Source: a virus. From it: a stretch of 64,000 nt of DNA. A program made the position numbers and the translations under genes. The stretch lies in IMG/VR virus record IMGVR_UViG_3300002461_000311, positions 1-64,000 of that record. One strand, 5' to 3'. Positions 9,661 to 18,431 of the stretch are shown here, one piece after another (position 1 is the stretch's first letter; the number at the start of each line of letters is the position of its first letter). Below the pieces are notes generated by a model. The model was given only the letters and a program-made list of their open reading frames with translations, searched no databases and was not told the origin of the DNA.

Positions 9661-10073
9661 TTGCCGGGGTCCTCCGGCGAGAGGAACAGACTGGCGAACG
9701 GCTGCTGCTTCATGTAGCCCGCCAGCATCTCGGTGGGGTACTTCGAGTTCGCCAGGTCGAGCCGGGCCTTCAGCGGGTTCATCATGCCCGCGAACCGCTG
9801 CGTGTCCATCGTTCGAGCCCGATCGAGCAGCGCAGCCGCGGCGCGACGCGATCCGGGATCGACCGCGGCCCGACCCATGTCGTCGAAGCCGACCTCGAGC
9901 AGCATGGTGACCCGCAGGACCTGGAGCAGCTCCTTGAGTTCGCCGAGGTTGTCGCCGCGCTCCTCCAGACGGGAGAGCGCTCGATCGATGGACTCGAGCA
10001 CGGGCAACGCAGAGCGCTCGATCGCCCTCCCGACACTGGTCGGAGCAACGAATGGCTCTGCGTGCTCGCTCAC
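9657..10073 (-). CDS. hypothetical protein (138 aa, GTG start tentative)
   Basis: The C-terminal two-thirds have normal composition. The upstream part of the 178-aa ORF is Arg/Pro-rich and was trimmed. Confidence 0.5.
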   Translation of the reverse strand: MSEHAEPFVAPTSVGRAIERSALPVLESIDRALSRLEERGDNLGELKELLQVLRVTMLLEVGFDDMGRAAVDPGSRRAAAALLDRARTMDTQRFAGMMNPLKARLDLANSKYPTEMLAGYMKQQPFASLFLSPEDPGK

Positions 10074-10081
10074 CGGGGCGC

Positions 10082-10417
10082 TCACTGGTCGGTGGGGCGA
10101 TCGGTGTTGGGGTAGTCGCCGGCAGGGCCAGGCACGGCATGCAGCACCGGGGGCGTCTGACCCGCGGCCACGGCCTTCTGGTACGGCATCCACTCGCAGC
10201 GGTGCTCGTTGGTCACGTAGACGTCGCCATTCTGGGCCAGCGGCACGTTCTGCCGGGGGTGGATGGTGCCATCGGCGCCGAACACCGCGAGGTTCACGCA
10301 GTAGTCGTCATGGACAGCCACCACGATCGCAGCCAGCGGCTGGTCGTTGACCTGGGGGAAGGCGTCATCCTTCGCGGGGAAGTACCAGACGATGCGGCCG
10401 GGCGTGGGCTTAATCAT
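10082..10417 (-). CDS. hypothetical protein (111 aa)
   Basis: ATGA-coupled to the upstream gene. Confidence 0.65.
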   Translation of the reverse strand: MIKPTPGRIVWYFPAKDDAFPQVNDQPLAAIVVAVHDDYCVNLAVFGADGTIHPRQNVPLAQNGDVYVTNEHRCEWMPYQKAVAAGQTPPVLHAVPGPAGDYPNTDRPTDQ

Positions 10418-10749
10418 TCCTCAATTCCTTTTGCAGTGTTTGGGTTGGGCACGAAGCGAGTCGGATCGAAGTAGCAGCCGGACATCCCAGCGATGAAGCG
10501 ATGCCCAGGCATGTGGCCGCACTGTCCGTAACCCTGCGGGGGCGCTCGATCACCCTCGGGGAACGAGGCCGGCGATCTGAACGTAGCGCACCGATCACAG
10601 CGGTGATCGGTGAGAGGGTCGTGGATCACGATGCAGTCCGGCATGAAGAACCTGGGGAAGGAGGAGGACAGAGCCTCGACCGAGGGGAGCACTCGGTCGA
10701 GGATGCCCGCCGGGACCACGCTGCACATCGGAGCCGCCCAGAACCTCAA
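10414..10749 (-). CDS. Cys/His-rich hypothetical protein, first gene of this late block (TTG start uncertain)
   Basis: First ORF after the AT-rich divergent intergenic region; no clear RBS. Confidence 0.5.
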   Translation of the reverse strand: MRFWAAPMCSVVPAGILDRVLPSVEALSSSFPRFFMPDCIVIHDPLTDHRCDRCATFRSPASFPEGDRAPPQGYGQCGHMPGHRFIAGMSGCYFDPTRFVPNPNTAKGIEE

Positions 10750-10872
10750 CGAGAAGAGAACTACCCCAAGGTAGCCGACTTAATCGTTAGAGTTCTTATG
10801 GGTGCAAATGCCATTTTGCATGTCTTTTTGGAGATTTCAAGACCTTTGTAAGTTCTTGATTTATTGTGCCAT

Positions 10873-10901
10873 TTGCATTGTTTTATGACTTGTGGCATAA
10901 T
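10873..10901 (+). promoter_or_regulatory. sigma70-like promoter TTGCAT-17-CATAAT for the 10982..17825 operon
   Basis: Hexamers at 10873-10878 and 10896-10901 in a ~230-bp AT-rich gap. A CCATTTGCA motif overlaps the -35. Confidence 0.5.
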
Positions 10902-10981
10902 GTTTCACGTGAATCGCCGCTGACTCGACGGATTCGAGTTGATCGAAAGCCCGCTCCCTGCCGGGCTACGAAAGGAGAAGC

Positions 10982-11254
10982 ATGAGATACGTCATTGAGT
11001 TTGGTGTGCGTGGCGGCGCACACAAAGAGGCTCTACATCTTCCCTCCGCAAAGCTCGCGCAAGACCTGGCCGCGAGCCTCGTCGCAGTCTTCAACGACGA
11101 CACCAGCTCCCCGTCCGCTACGCCGAGCGCTTGGCGCATGACGGCCAACTGCCCGCGTCTGTCGTGGACCTCCAGCACGCACTTCATCAGCGTCTCGAAG
11201 CTCGACGGGGTCGCTCGCGGCCCGGCGTCGGCGCAACTGTGGAGGAAGGGCTAA
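10982..11254 (+). CDS. hypothetical protein (90 aa)
   Basis: Strong AAAGGAGAAG RBS before the ATG; first gene after the promoter. Confidence 0.6.
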   Translation: MRYVIEFGVRGGAHKEALHLPSAKLAQDLAASLVAVFNDDTSSPSATPSAWRMTANCPRLSWTSSTHFISVSKLDGVARGPASAQLWRKG

Positions 11255-11256
11255 CC

Positions 11257-11508
11257 ATGGACCCTCTCGCCTGCCTCATCGCCTGCGACCAGGCCATCAG
11301 CGACCTGGATCTGGACGCCGCCCGCGAGCGCCTGCGCGACTACAGCAACTGGCGTCGCCGCGGCGGCTTCGAGCCGATAGACGTCGCCGGCACCACCAAG
11401 CGGGGCGACGCCTTCGCGACCTGGTGCTGGCATCGCCTCGACGACATCGAGCGCCAGCAGCGGCTGTTCGGTGACCTCCCCTCCTTCCTTCGTCAGCAAG
11501 CGGAGTAG
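11257..11508 (+). CDS. hypothetical protein (83 aa)
   Basis: Internal ATG with a GGAGGAAGGG RBS; the upstream part of the ORF overlaps the previous gene. Confidence 0.6.
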   Translation: MDPLACLIACDQAISDLDLDAARERLRDYSNWRRRGGFEPIDVAGTTKRGDAFATWCWHRLDDIERQQRLFGDLPSFLRQQAE

Positions 11509-11510
11509 CG

Positions 11511-12266
11511 ATGAACCTCCCCCAGCTCATGGAGAACCCGCACGCCCTGTTCGTGGTGAGTCACAGCGGCGGCAAAGACAGCCAGGCGATGATGATCGAG
11601 TTGGTTCGCCTGATCCCGCAAGACCGTCTCCTCGTCGTCCATGCTTCCCTGGGCGACATGGAGTGGCCGGGCGCCCTCGAGCACGCCCAGGAGCAGGCGC
11701 AGGGCGCTGGCGTGCCGTTCATCGTGGCGCGGGCCGCGAAGTCTCTGCTCGACATGGTGGAGCACCGCTTCGCGACCCGCCCCGAGGTCCCCTCGTGGCC
11801 GAGCGCCTCGACCAGGCAATGCACATCGGATCTCAAGCGCGGCCCGATCAAGCGCGAGGTGCGCCGCTACGCCGAAGCTCACGGCTTCGACGTGGTCGTC
11901 GAGTGCATGGGCCTGCGCGCCGAAGAGAGCCCGTCGCGCGCCAAGCGAGCGGCGTTCTCTGCGAACGCACGGGAGACGAACAGCAAGCGCGCCTGGTTCG
12001 AGTGGCTGCCCATCCACGAATGGACCACGGCCGAGGTGTTCGGCGCGATTGCCGAGGCGGGCCAGCAGCCGCACCCAGCGTATGCCGCTGGCAACGATCG
12101 GCTGAGCTGCGTGTTCTGCATCATGGCCAGCCGAGGCGACCTGCGCAACGGCGCCCGCCACAACCCGACCCTGTTCGCGCGCTACGTCGAGACAGAGCGC
12201 CGCACGGGCTACACGATGCACATGAGCCGCACCCCCCTCGAGCAACTCGTTCAACAACCGGAGTAA
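11511..12266 (+). CDS. PP-loop ATP-pyrophosphatase, PAPS-reductase/DndC-like family
   Basis: SHSGGKDS PP-loop motif near the N-terminus; 251 aa. Confidence 0.85.
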   Translation: MNLPQLMENPHALFVVSHSGGKDSQAMMIELVRLIPQDRLLVVHASLGDMEWPGALEHAQEQAQGAGVPFIVARAAKSLLDMVEHRFATRPEVPSWPSASTRQCTSDLKRGPIKREVRRYAEAHGFDVVVECMGLRAEESPSRAKRAAFSANARETNSKRAWFEWLPIHEWTTAEVFGAIAEAGQQPHPAYAAGNDRLSCVFCIMASRGDLRNGARHNPTLFARYVETERRTGYTMHMSRTPLEQLVQQPE

Positions 12267-12270
12267 CGCC

Positions 12271-12639
12271 ATGACCAAGCGCAAGCCCAAGTTCAAGCCG
12301 TTCGACCTCGCCGTCTCATCGCACGAACTCGACTCGCCGATCTGGCGCATCGTCGCCGTTGAAGGCCCTCGCGTGGCCGTCGTCGACGCGATGCTCGAGC
12401 ACAAGCGCAAGCTCGAGCCCTCCTGGACCGACGCCTCGATCTTCCTCAAGCCGCTGCCCTGGCAAGGCTACATGCCCGCCATGCGGCGCTGCCTGGACGA
12501 GCGCAACCCGCAGGACGCCGCCAACCTCATCGCCAGCGTGCCGGCGCCGATGCAGCACCACGCGATGGATGCCGCCCGCACAGTTGGCTTCCGCGTCGAG
12601 TTCTATGTCGACGGCGTGCGGGTGTACCTGCCCTCGTAA
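12271..12639 (+). CDS. hypothetical protein (122 aa)
   Basis: Tightly spaced in the operon. Confidence 0.65.
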   Translation: MTKRKPKFKPFDLAVSSHELDSPIWRIVAVEGPRVAVVDAMLEHKRKLEPSWTDASIFLKPLPWQGYMPAMRRCLDERNPQDAANLIASVPAPMQHHAMDAARTVGFRVEFYVDGVRVYLPS

Positions 12640-12731
12640 AGCGTAACGGCTCCGGCTGCCTCGTGACAGGGGGCAGCCTGGGCAATGACGCCCAACCAGC
12701 CAACCCATCGAAGACCACGAAAGGGATGCAC

Positions 12732-13793
12732 ATGACGATTCGACCCCAGCAACTGAAAACCCTCCTCGCCGCCACGATCGCCGCCGGTGACCCGGTTCTG
12801 ATCAAGGGCAAGCCCGGCGTGGGCAAGACCAGCATCGTCGAGCAGGCCACCGAAGCCAATGGCGCCGACCTCCTGGTGAGCCACCCCGTCACCGCCGACC
12901 CGACCGACGCGAAGGGCCTGCCGTGGAAGGTCGAAGGGCGCGATGAGGCCACCTTCCTCCCCTATGGCGACCTCAACCGCGCGATGAAGGCAACGAAGCC
13001 CCTGGTCTGGTTCCTGGACGACCTCGGGCAAGCGAGCCCCACCGTGCAGGCAGCATTCATGCAGCTATTGCTTGCCAGGCGCATCAACGGCCACGCCCTG
13101 CCCGACTGCGTGACGTTCGTGGCCGCCACCAACCGGCGCGAGGATCGCGCGGGCGTGCAGGGCATCCTCGAGCCGGTGAAGTCGCGCTTCGTCACGATCG
13201 TGGAGCTGGAGGCGAACATCGACGACTGGTCGGAGTGGGCCTACGACAACGACGTCGACCCGCGCGTGATCGCCTTCAACCGACTGCGCCCGGATCTGCT
13301 CTCGAGCACGTGGGCGGCGAGCGCCGACATCGTCAACAACGCGACGCCGCGCACCTGGGCGCACGCGGACAAGATCCTGAAGTACGGGCTCGATGACGAG
13401 CTGCGCGCCATCGCCCTGGCGGGGGCAATCGGCGAGGGCGCGACGGCCGAGTTCCTCGGGTTCCTGCGCCTCCAGGAGAAGGCGCCCGCGATCGAGGAGT
13501 TCCTGCTCCACCCGGACACCGCGCCGCTGATCGATGACCCGGGCGTGTGCTACGCCGTGGTCTCCGGACTGGCGTATCGCTGCGACACGACCACCTTCGC
13601 CGCGATCCGCACCTATGCCGAGCGGATGTACGCCGCAGGCGCCTCGGGCGAGCACGTCGGGCTCGCCGAGTTCGCGGTGCTGCTGATCCGCGACTGCTAC
13701 AAGCGCCACCGGGCGATCACCCAGACCCGGGCCTACACCGAGCTGGTGACGAGCCCGATCGGCAAGGCGATCTTCGAGGCACTCGCTCAGTAG
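12732..13793 (+). CDS. MoxR/CbbQ-type AAA+ ATPase
   Basis: Walker A GKPGVGKTS and Walker B LVWFLDD; AAGGG RBS 6 nt before the ATG at 12732. Confidence 0.85.
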   Translation: MTIRPQQLKTLLAATIAAGDPVLIKGKPGVGKTSIVEQATEANGADLLVSHPVTADPTDAKGLPWKVEGRDEATFLPYGDLNRAMKATKPLVWFLDDLGQASPTVQAAFMQLLLARRINGHALPDCVTFVAATNRREDRAGVQGILEPVKSRFVTIVELEANIDDWSEWAYDNDVDPRVIAFNRLRPDLLSSTWAASADIVNNATPRTWAHADKILKYGLDDELRAIALAGAIGEGATAEFLGFLRLQEKAPAIEEFLLHPDTAPLIDDPGVCYAVVSGLAYRCDTTTFAAIRTYAERMYAAGASGEHVGLAEFAVLLIRDCYKRHRAITQTRAYTELVTSPIGKAIFEALAQ

Positions 13794-13867
13794 CACGGCT
13801 TCAGCCACTGCCCCGCGAGTCGGGGCAGTCACGGGCGCCGTGCCCGAACATGGAAAGGGATCACCCG

Positions 13868-14722
13868 ATGAGCATCTCTACCAAAGCTATGCTGGTGTCG
13901 TTGAACATAAAAAGCTACGCCGCGCGTCGCTACGACCGCAAGGTCAGCCAAGACGTGGCCGATCAGCACCAGGCCGACCACAAGGTCGGACGGTACAACA
14001 AGTGCCTGATCGACCCGAAGGCGGCATCGTTCCTCGCGCTGAGCAAGGCGCGTCAGGCGGCCTACGACTGGCACTACGAGCAGACCCTGCCCTGGGCGCA
14101 GGACGGGGCGCGCGTGCTGCCCTCGACGAATTACTTCGAGTACGCCGAGGTGGCACAGCAGCACAAGCGCCGGTTCGAGCAGGCCGCGACCGACTTCATC
14201 GCCGACTTCCCCGGCCTCCAGGCCGCCGCCAAGCTCGCCCTCAACGGCCTGTACCGCGAGGCCGACTACCCGAGCATCGAGCGGCTGAAGGCGAAGTTCG
14301 CCTTCGAGGTCACCTTCCTGCCCGTGCCCGACGCGCAGGACTGGCGGGTCGATCTCGGCGTCGAGCAGGAGCAGGCCATTCGCGAGCAGATCACGACCCA
14401 GGTCGAGCGCGCAGCGAACGAGGCGATGCGCGACATCTGGCAGCGCCTCTACGACGCCGTGCAACACATGGTCGAGCGTCTGTCGCAGCCGGACGCCGTC
14501 TTCCGGGACTCCCTCATCGGCAACGTGCGCGAGCTGTGCGCGCTGCTGCCTCGGCTCAACCTCACGCAGGACCCGGCCCTCAACGCCATGATCGACGAGG
14601 TGCGCGCCAAGCTCAGCGGCAACGAGCCCCAGCGGCTTCGCGACGACAAGGACAAGCGCTCGCAAGTCGCCGAGCAGGCCCGAGCGCTGGCCGCGCGGAT
14701 GGCCTCGTACATGGGCGCCTGA
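13868..14722 (+). CDS. conserved hypothetical protein (284 aa); I tentatively recall a DUF3150-like family
   Basis: Sits between the AAA+ and vWA genes; family assignment is from memory only. Confidence 0.6.
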   Translation: MSISTKAMLVSLNIKSYAARRYDRKVSQDVADQHQADHKVGRYNKCLIDPKAASFLALSKARQAAYDWHYEQTLPWAQDGARVLPSTNYFEYAEVAQQHKRRFEQAATDFIADFPGLQAAAKLALNGLYREADYPSIERLKAKFAFEVTFLPVPDAQDWRVDLGVEQEQAIREQITTQVERAANEAMRDIWQRLYDAVQHMVERLSQPDAVFRDSLIGNVRELCALLPRLNLTQDPALNAMIDEVRAKLSGNEPQRLRDDKDKRSQVAEQARALAARMASYMGA

Positions 14723-14759
14723 TCCCGATTTCCCCCCTACAACTTCACAGGATCGAGAC

Positions 14760-15992
14760 ATGAACCTCAACGAACGTATTGTCAAAGCCCGCATGGCTCT
14801 GGTATTGCACCAGCCCTTCTTCGGCAGCCTGGCGCTGCGGCTCAAGCCGGTGTGCGTACCCGAGATCGAGACCGCCGGCACGGACGGCAAGATCCTTGCG
14901 TACGCGCCCGACTTCATCAACGGCCTGACCGACGCGCAGCTTCGGTTCCTGATCGCGCACGAGGTCATGCATTGCTCGAACGGGCACATCTGGCGGCGCG
15001 GGCACCGCGACCCCGAGCGCTGGAACATCGCCTGCGACTACGCGATCGACCCGGTGCTCGACCGGGCCAGCACCAACGCCCGGGGCACGCGCGTCATGGA
15101 GCTGCCGCCCGGCGCGCACATCCGGCCCGAGTTCATCGGCATGTCCGCCGAAGACATCTACGAGCAGCTCACGCAGGAGGCCCGGCAGGAGCAGCAGCAA
15201 CGGCAGCAGCAGGGCCAAGGGCAAGGCCAGGGTGAGGGCCAGGACCAAGGCCAGAGCCAGGGAGACGGCGAAGGCGAAGGCCAAGGCAAGCGCCCGCGCA
15301 AGACCTACGGCCAGGTGCTGGACGCCGCCCCCTCCGAGGCGAGCGAGTCCGAGCAGGAATGGAAGCAGGCCACGATCCAGGCGGCACGCATCGCTAAAGC
15401 GCAGGGCCACCTACCCCGTGGGCTCGAGCGCCTGGTCGAGTCGCTGCATCAACCGGCAGTGAATTGGCGTGCGGTGCTGCGCCGGTTCGTGCAACAGCTC
15501 GCCCGGCTCGACTACGCCTGGGCGCGCCCGAACTCGCGCTACACCGCCATGGGCCTCTACCTGCCGACGATCCAGTCCGAGCAGATGCCGCCGATCGTCG
15601 TCGTCTTCGACACCTCGGGCTCGATCGGCGGTGACGAGCTGTCGGCGTTCGATGCCGAGCTGCGCTCGATCGTCGACGAGTGCCGGCCGGAGGCCACGCA
15701 TCTGGTCTTCTGCGACGCCGCCGTCGACGAGCGATCGTGCGTCGAGCTGCTGCCCGACGACCCGATCGCCTACACCCCGACCGGGGGCGGCGGCACGTCG
15801 TTCATTCCCGCCTTCGAGTGGGTCCAGCGCCAGGGCATCGAGCCGGCCTGCCTGATCTACCTGACCGACTGCTACGGCACCTTCCCCGCCCAGGCGCCCG
15901 ATTACCCCGTGCTCTGGGCGAGCACCACCAAGGAGCCCGGCCGCTACCAGCCGCCCTTCGGCGAGTTCGTCTACATCGGGGGCGCGCAATGA
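14760..15992 (+). CDS. zincin-like + vWA (MIDAS) protein, DUF2201-like
   Basis: HEVMH motif in the N-terminal half and VVVFDTSGS (DxSxS MIDAS) in the C-terminal half, joined by a Q/G/E low-complexity linker. Confidence 0.78.
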   Translation: MNLNERIVKARMALVLHQPFFGSLALRLKPVCVPEIETAGTDGKILAYAPDFINGLTDAQLRFLIAHEVMHCSNGHIWRRGHRDPERWNIACDYAIDPVLDRASTNARGTRVMELPPGAHIRPEFIGMSAEDIYEQLTQEARQEQQQRQQQGQGQGQGEGQDQGQSQGDGEGEGQGKRPRKTYGQVLDAAPSEASESEQEWKQATIQAARIAKAQGHLPRGLERLVESLHQPAVNWRAVLRRFVQQLARLDYAWARPNSRYTAMGLYLPTIQSEQMPPIVVVFDTSGSIGGDELSAFDAELRSIVDECRPEATHLVFCDAAVDERSCVELLPDDPIAYTPTGGGGTSFIPAFEWVQRQGIEPACLIYLTDCYGTFPAQAPDYPVLWASTTKEPGRYQPPFGEFVYIGGAQ

Positions 15993-16306
15993 GCAAGCGC
16001 GCCCGCCGCAGGAGAAAGATCAAGGCCGAGACCCGAAGAGAGCGGCTCTGGCGCGAGATTCGGAAGGCGTCGGCGCTCTACGCGCACAACCGGGGGCGTG
16101 CCATGGGCCGGTACACCGGGGTCTGGACCGCGCAGCTCACCGTGGTGAGCAAAGGGTCGGGCACGATCACGCTGCTGGGAAACTTCGGCAGGCTGACCCT
16201 ATCGAGGCAGGAGGCGCTGCTACTCAAGCTGCGCCCCACGCCTTCGCCCGAGGCCCTGTCGGACGCGCTCGACGGATGGCAAGAAGAACCCGTTCTCCCC
16301 TTCTGA
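15989..16306 (+). CDS. hypothetical basic protein (105 aa)
   Basis: ATGA overlap with the upstream stop. Confidence 0.55.
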   Translation: MSKRARRRRKIKAETRRERLWREIRKASALYAHNRGRAMGRYTGVWTAQLTVVSKGSGTITLLGNFGRLTLSRQEALLLKLRPTPSPEALSDALDGWQEEPVLPF

Positions 16307-16313
16307 GGCCGAC

Positions 16314-16595
16314 ATGAGCAACCACGTCAGACGCAAGCGAGTATCCGACCAGCGGTGGGCGATGATCAGCGCCCTCCCGCTGGGCAGCACGCTGTACGCG
16401 AAGGCCGGCTCGGGCCTGGAGCACAGGCACCTGGTTCTGACTGTCGTCAACCACGGCACGAGGACCCAGCGCTTCGTCGTCCTGAGCGACGGCAGACACC
16501 TGTACCGCAGAACGCCCAACGCCCTCGTGGCGCAGGGCATACAGCCCACGCCGCATGCCGGCGTGATCACCAAACTCCTGGAGGCATCCCTATGA
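16314..16595 (+). CDS. hypothetical protein (93 aa)
   Basis: In-operon ORF with a GAGG RBS. Confidence 0.55.
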   Translation: MSNHVRRKRVSDQRWAMISALPLGSTLYAKAGSGLEHRHLVLTVVNHGTRTQRFVVLSDGRHLYRRTPNALVAQGIQPTPHAGVITKLLEASL

Positions 16596-16996
16596 CCAGC
16601 ATTGCCTATCGTGAATGCCGCGAGGCATACTCGGCGCCCATGAGCAAAGACCGCAAAGAGATCTACCTCGGCGAGGGGTTGCGCCGCGCCCTCAAGGGCC
16701 GGCGGGACTCGCTCACCGCGGCCGTGAACAAGATCGCCGATCGCTACCAGGCCATGGTCGAGGCGTCGCTGCCGGAGCTGAGCGCGGCCGAGTGGGCGCT
16801 GCTCGAGGCGGCCCTCAACCACCCCATGGACCGGGCGCCCGAGGCCGCACACATCGCCGGCCTCCCCGCCATCGTTGGCCACGCGTTGAGGCGCACCCCT
16901 GGCGGCCCCGAACTGGCGGCCAAGCTCGCCGGCATGACCCTGTCCGAGCTGGTGGCCGCGGTCGACCACCTCGAGCGCAGCGGCGGCGCGCAATGA
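16592..16996 (+). CDS. hypothetical protein (134 aa)
   Basis: ATGA overlap; normal composition. Confidence 0.6.
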   Translation: MTSIAYRECREAYSAPMSKDRKEIYLGEGLRRALKGRRDSLTAAVNKIADRYQAMVEASLPELSAAEWALLEAALNHPMDRAPEAAHIAGLPAIVGHALRRTPGGPELAAKLAGMTLSELVAAVDHLERSGGAQ

Positions 16997-17250
16997 GTCT
17001 GCCGAGCGGTTTTTTCAACTGGAACAGCGCCCTGCGGGGCGCCTTCCTGAAGGGTGCCGCCGCTTGCCTGGAAGGACAGCCGATCACCGACTGCCCCTAC
17101 CAGGACAAGCGCAAGTACTGCGGCCGGCTCACATGGTCGCGAGCCTTCATGACCGCCTGGAAGAACGGCTGGGCCTACGCCAACGCAGATCGGGCCGATG
17201 CGCTCATCACCATGGAGCACCGGAACACGCTGCTGAGGGCGTACCGATGA
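16993..17250 (+). CDS. Rmf/CrpP-like small protein
   Basis: GAFLKGAAACLEGQPITDCPYQD...WKNGW resembles the ribosome-modulation-factor/CrpP fold signature; ATGA coupling. Confidence 0.6.
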   Translation: MSLPSGFFNWNSALRGAFLKGAAACLEGQPITDCPYQDKRKYCGRLTWSRAFMTAWKNGWAYANADRADALITMEHRNTLLRAYR

Positions 17251-17825
17251 CCGCCCAGCCCACCCCCAACCCGCTCGGCCCCTACACCCTCTACAACTGG
17301 CTCGCGCTGATGGACCCCGGCATGGAGTGCGTGCTCTCTCTCCACGATCGCACGTCTCCCGCGTCGATCTGGTCCGTGAGCCGGCCCGCGCTGAGCGAGC
17401 TGCGGCAAGCCTTCGTCGTTCGTGGGCCGGACGCCGCCGGGCTCATGCTCAAGCGCATGGGGCTGCCGTTTGAGCCTTCTGTCGACGAACTCAGAAGCAT
17501 CTCGCCCAAGAGCAACCCCGCCGGCCACTTCCTCGAGGGCGACGGCGCGTCCATTGCCGCGCTCGAGCGCATGGCCGCGCGGCACGGCTTTGTCGCAATG
17601 CGCAGGCATCAGTCCGTAAGGGGGGGCACCCCGTACTCGGTCACGCTCACAGTGCAAGGGCAACGATGCTGCATCTATGCGCCGGATTCGCATAACAAGG
17701 TGTCCGTCCAGGTCGGCTCCGACGACGCAATGCACGGCACCCCTGCGCCGTGCGCCACGAACTACCCCGACCTCATCCGACAGATGGAGGCGACCGCCCT
17801 GTCCACGATCCTGGGCGGTCTATGA
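17247..17825 (+). CDS. hypothetical protein (192 aa), last gene of the operon
   Basis: ATGA overlap; the 3' end overlaps the 3' end of the convergent Q-like gene by 6 nt. Confidence 0.6.
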   Translation: MTAQPTPNPLGPYTLYNWLALMDPGMECVLSLHDRTSPASIWSVSRPALSELRQAFVVRGPDAAGLMLKRMGLPFEPSVDELRSISPKSNPAGHFLEGDGASIAALERMAARHGFVAMRRHQSVRGGTPYSVTLTVQGQRCCIYAPDSHNKVSVQVGSDDAMHGTPAPCATNYPDLIRQMEATALSTILGGL

Positions 17826-18431
17826 ACGACCGGTGTGCCGGCCCCTGACCGCCCAGGTCAGGGCGCTGGCCACGTCGCGCTCGGCGCGATCGAGCTGCTC
17901 GAGTAGTTGATCGTGCCGCTTGCGCTCGATCATGATGTCCACGACGCGCTTGCGCCGTGCCGCCTGCGCCGCATCGGACGCCTGCTCCCCCAGCCTGGGG
18001 GGCAGCTTGCGGCCCAGCCAGGGCCGCTCTCGGCGCCCCGTACCCAGGCAGACCCCACACACCCGATGATGCCTGGCGGGCGCGCCCTCGACGTGCTGGT
18101 GGCCCACGCCGCCACACGCTCGGCAATGATCGGATAGCCAGTAGTCGAGCACCCGCTTCGACATCGCCGCGAGCTGCTGCTCGGCTCGCCAGCGGTAGCG
18201 CATGTTCAGATGTCGCGCCATGCGCTGGACGGCCTGGAGCATCGCAGGATAGGCCGCCGCCTCGTTGGCGTACTTCAACGCGACAAGAGCATCGCAGAGG
18301 TCGTGCGATCGACTCGCAATCCCCACCGCGATGATCTTGTCCAGGCGGCCGTCGCGCCAGTCGAGCTTTCTCGACGCCATGGCAACGGCCACCTGTTCCA
18401 TCACACTGGGAGCATCCGCTCCGCGTTTCAT
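17820..18431 (-). CDS. lambda-Q-like antiterminator / late regulator candidate
   Basis: Paired CxxCxGxG zinc knuckles (CRACGGVG, CGVCLGTG), as in lambda Q (CRDCHGTG, CGRCKGVG). Last gene of the rightward early operon. Confidence 0.55.
   Translation of the reverse strand: MKRGADAPSVMEQVAVAMASRKLDWRDGRLDKIIAVGIASRSHDLCDALVALKYANEAAAYPAMLQAVQRMARHLNMRYRWRAEQQLAAMSKRVLDYWLSDHCRACGGVGHQHVEGAPARHHRVCGVCLGTGRRERPWLGRKLPPRLGEQASDAAQAARRKRVVDIMIERKRHDQLLEQLDRAERDVASALTWAVRGRHTGRS

Noticed and set aside
9661-10193. Long N-terminal extensions of ORFs 9382-10140 and 9657-10193
   Set aside because: The extensions are Arg/Pro-rich and mutually overlapping. The ORFs were trimmed to GTG starts with coupling or an RBS (9660 and 10073).
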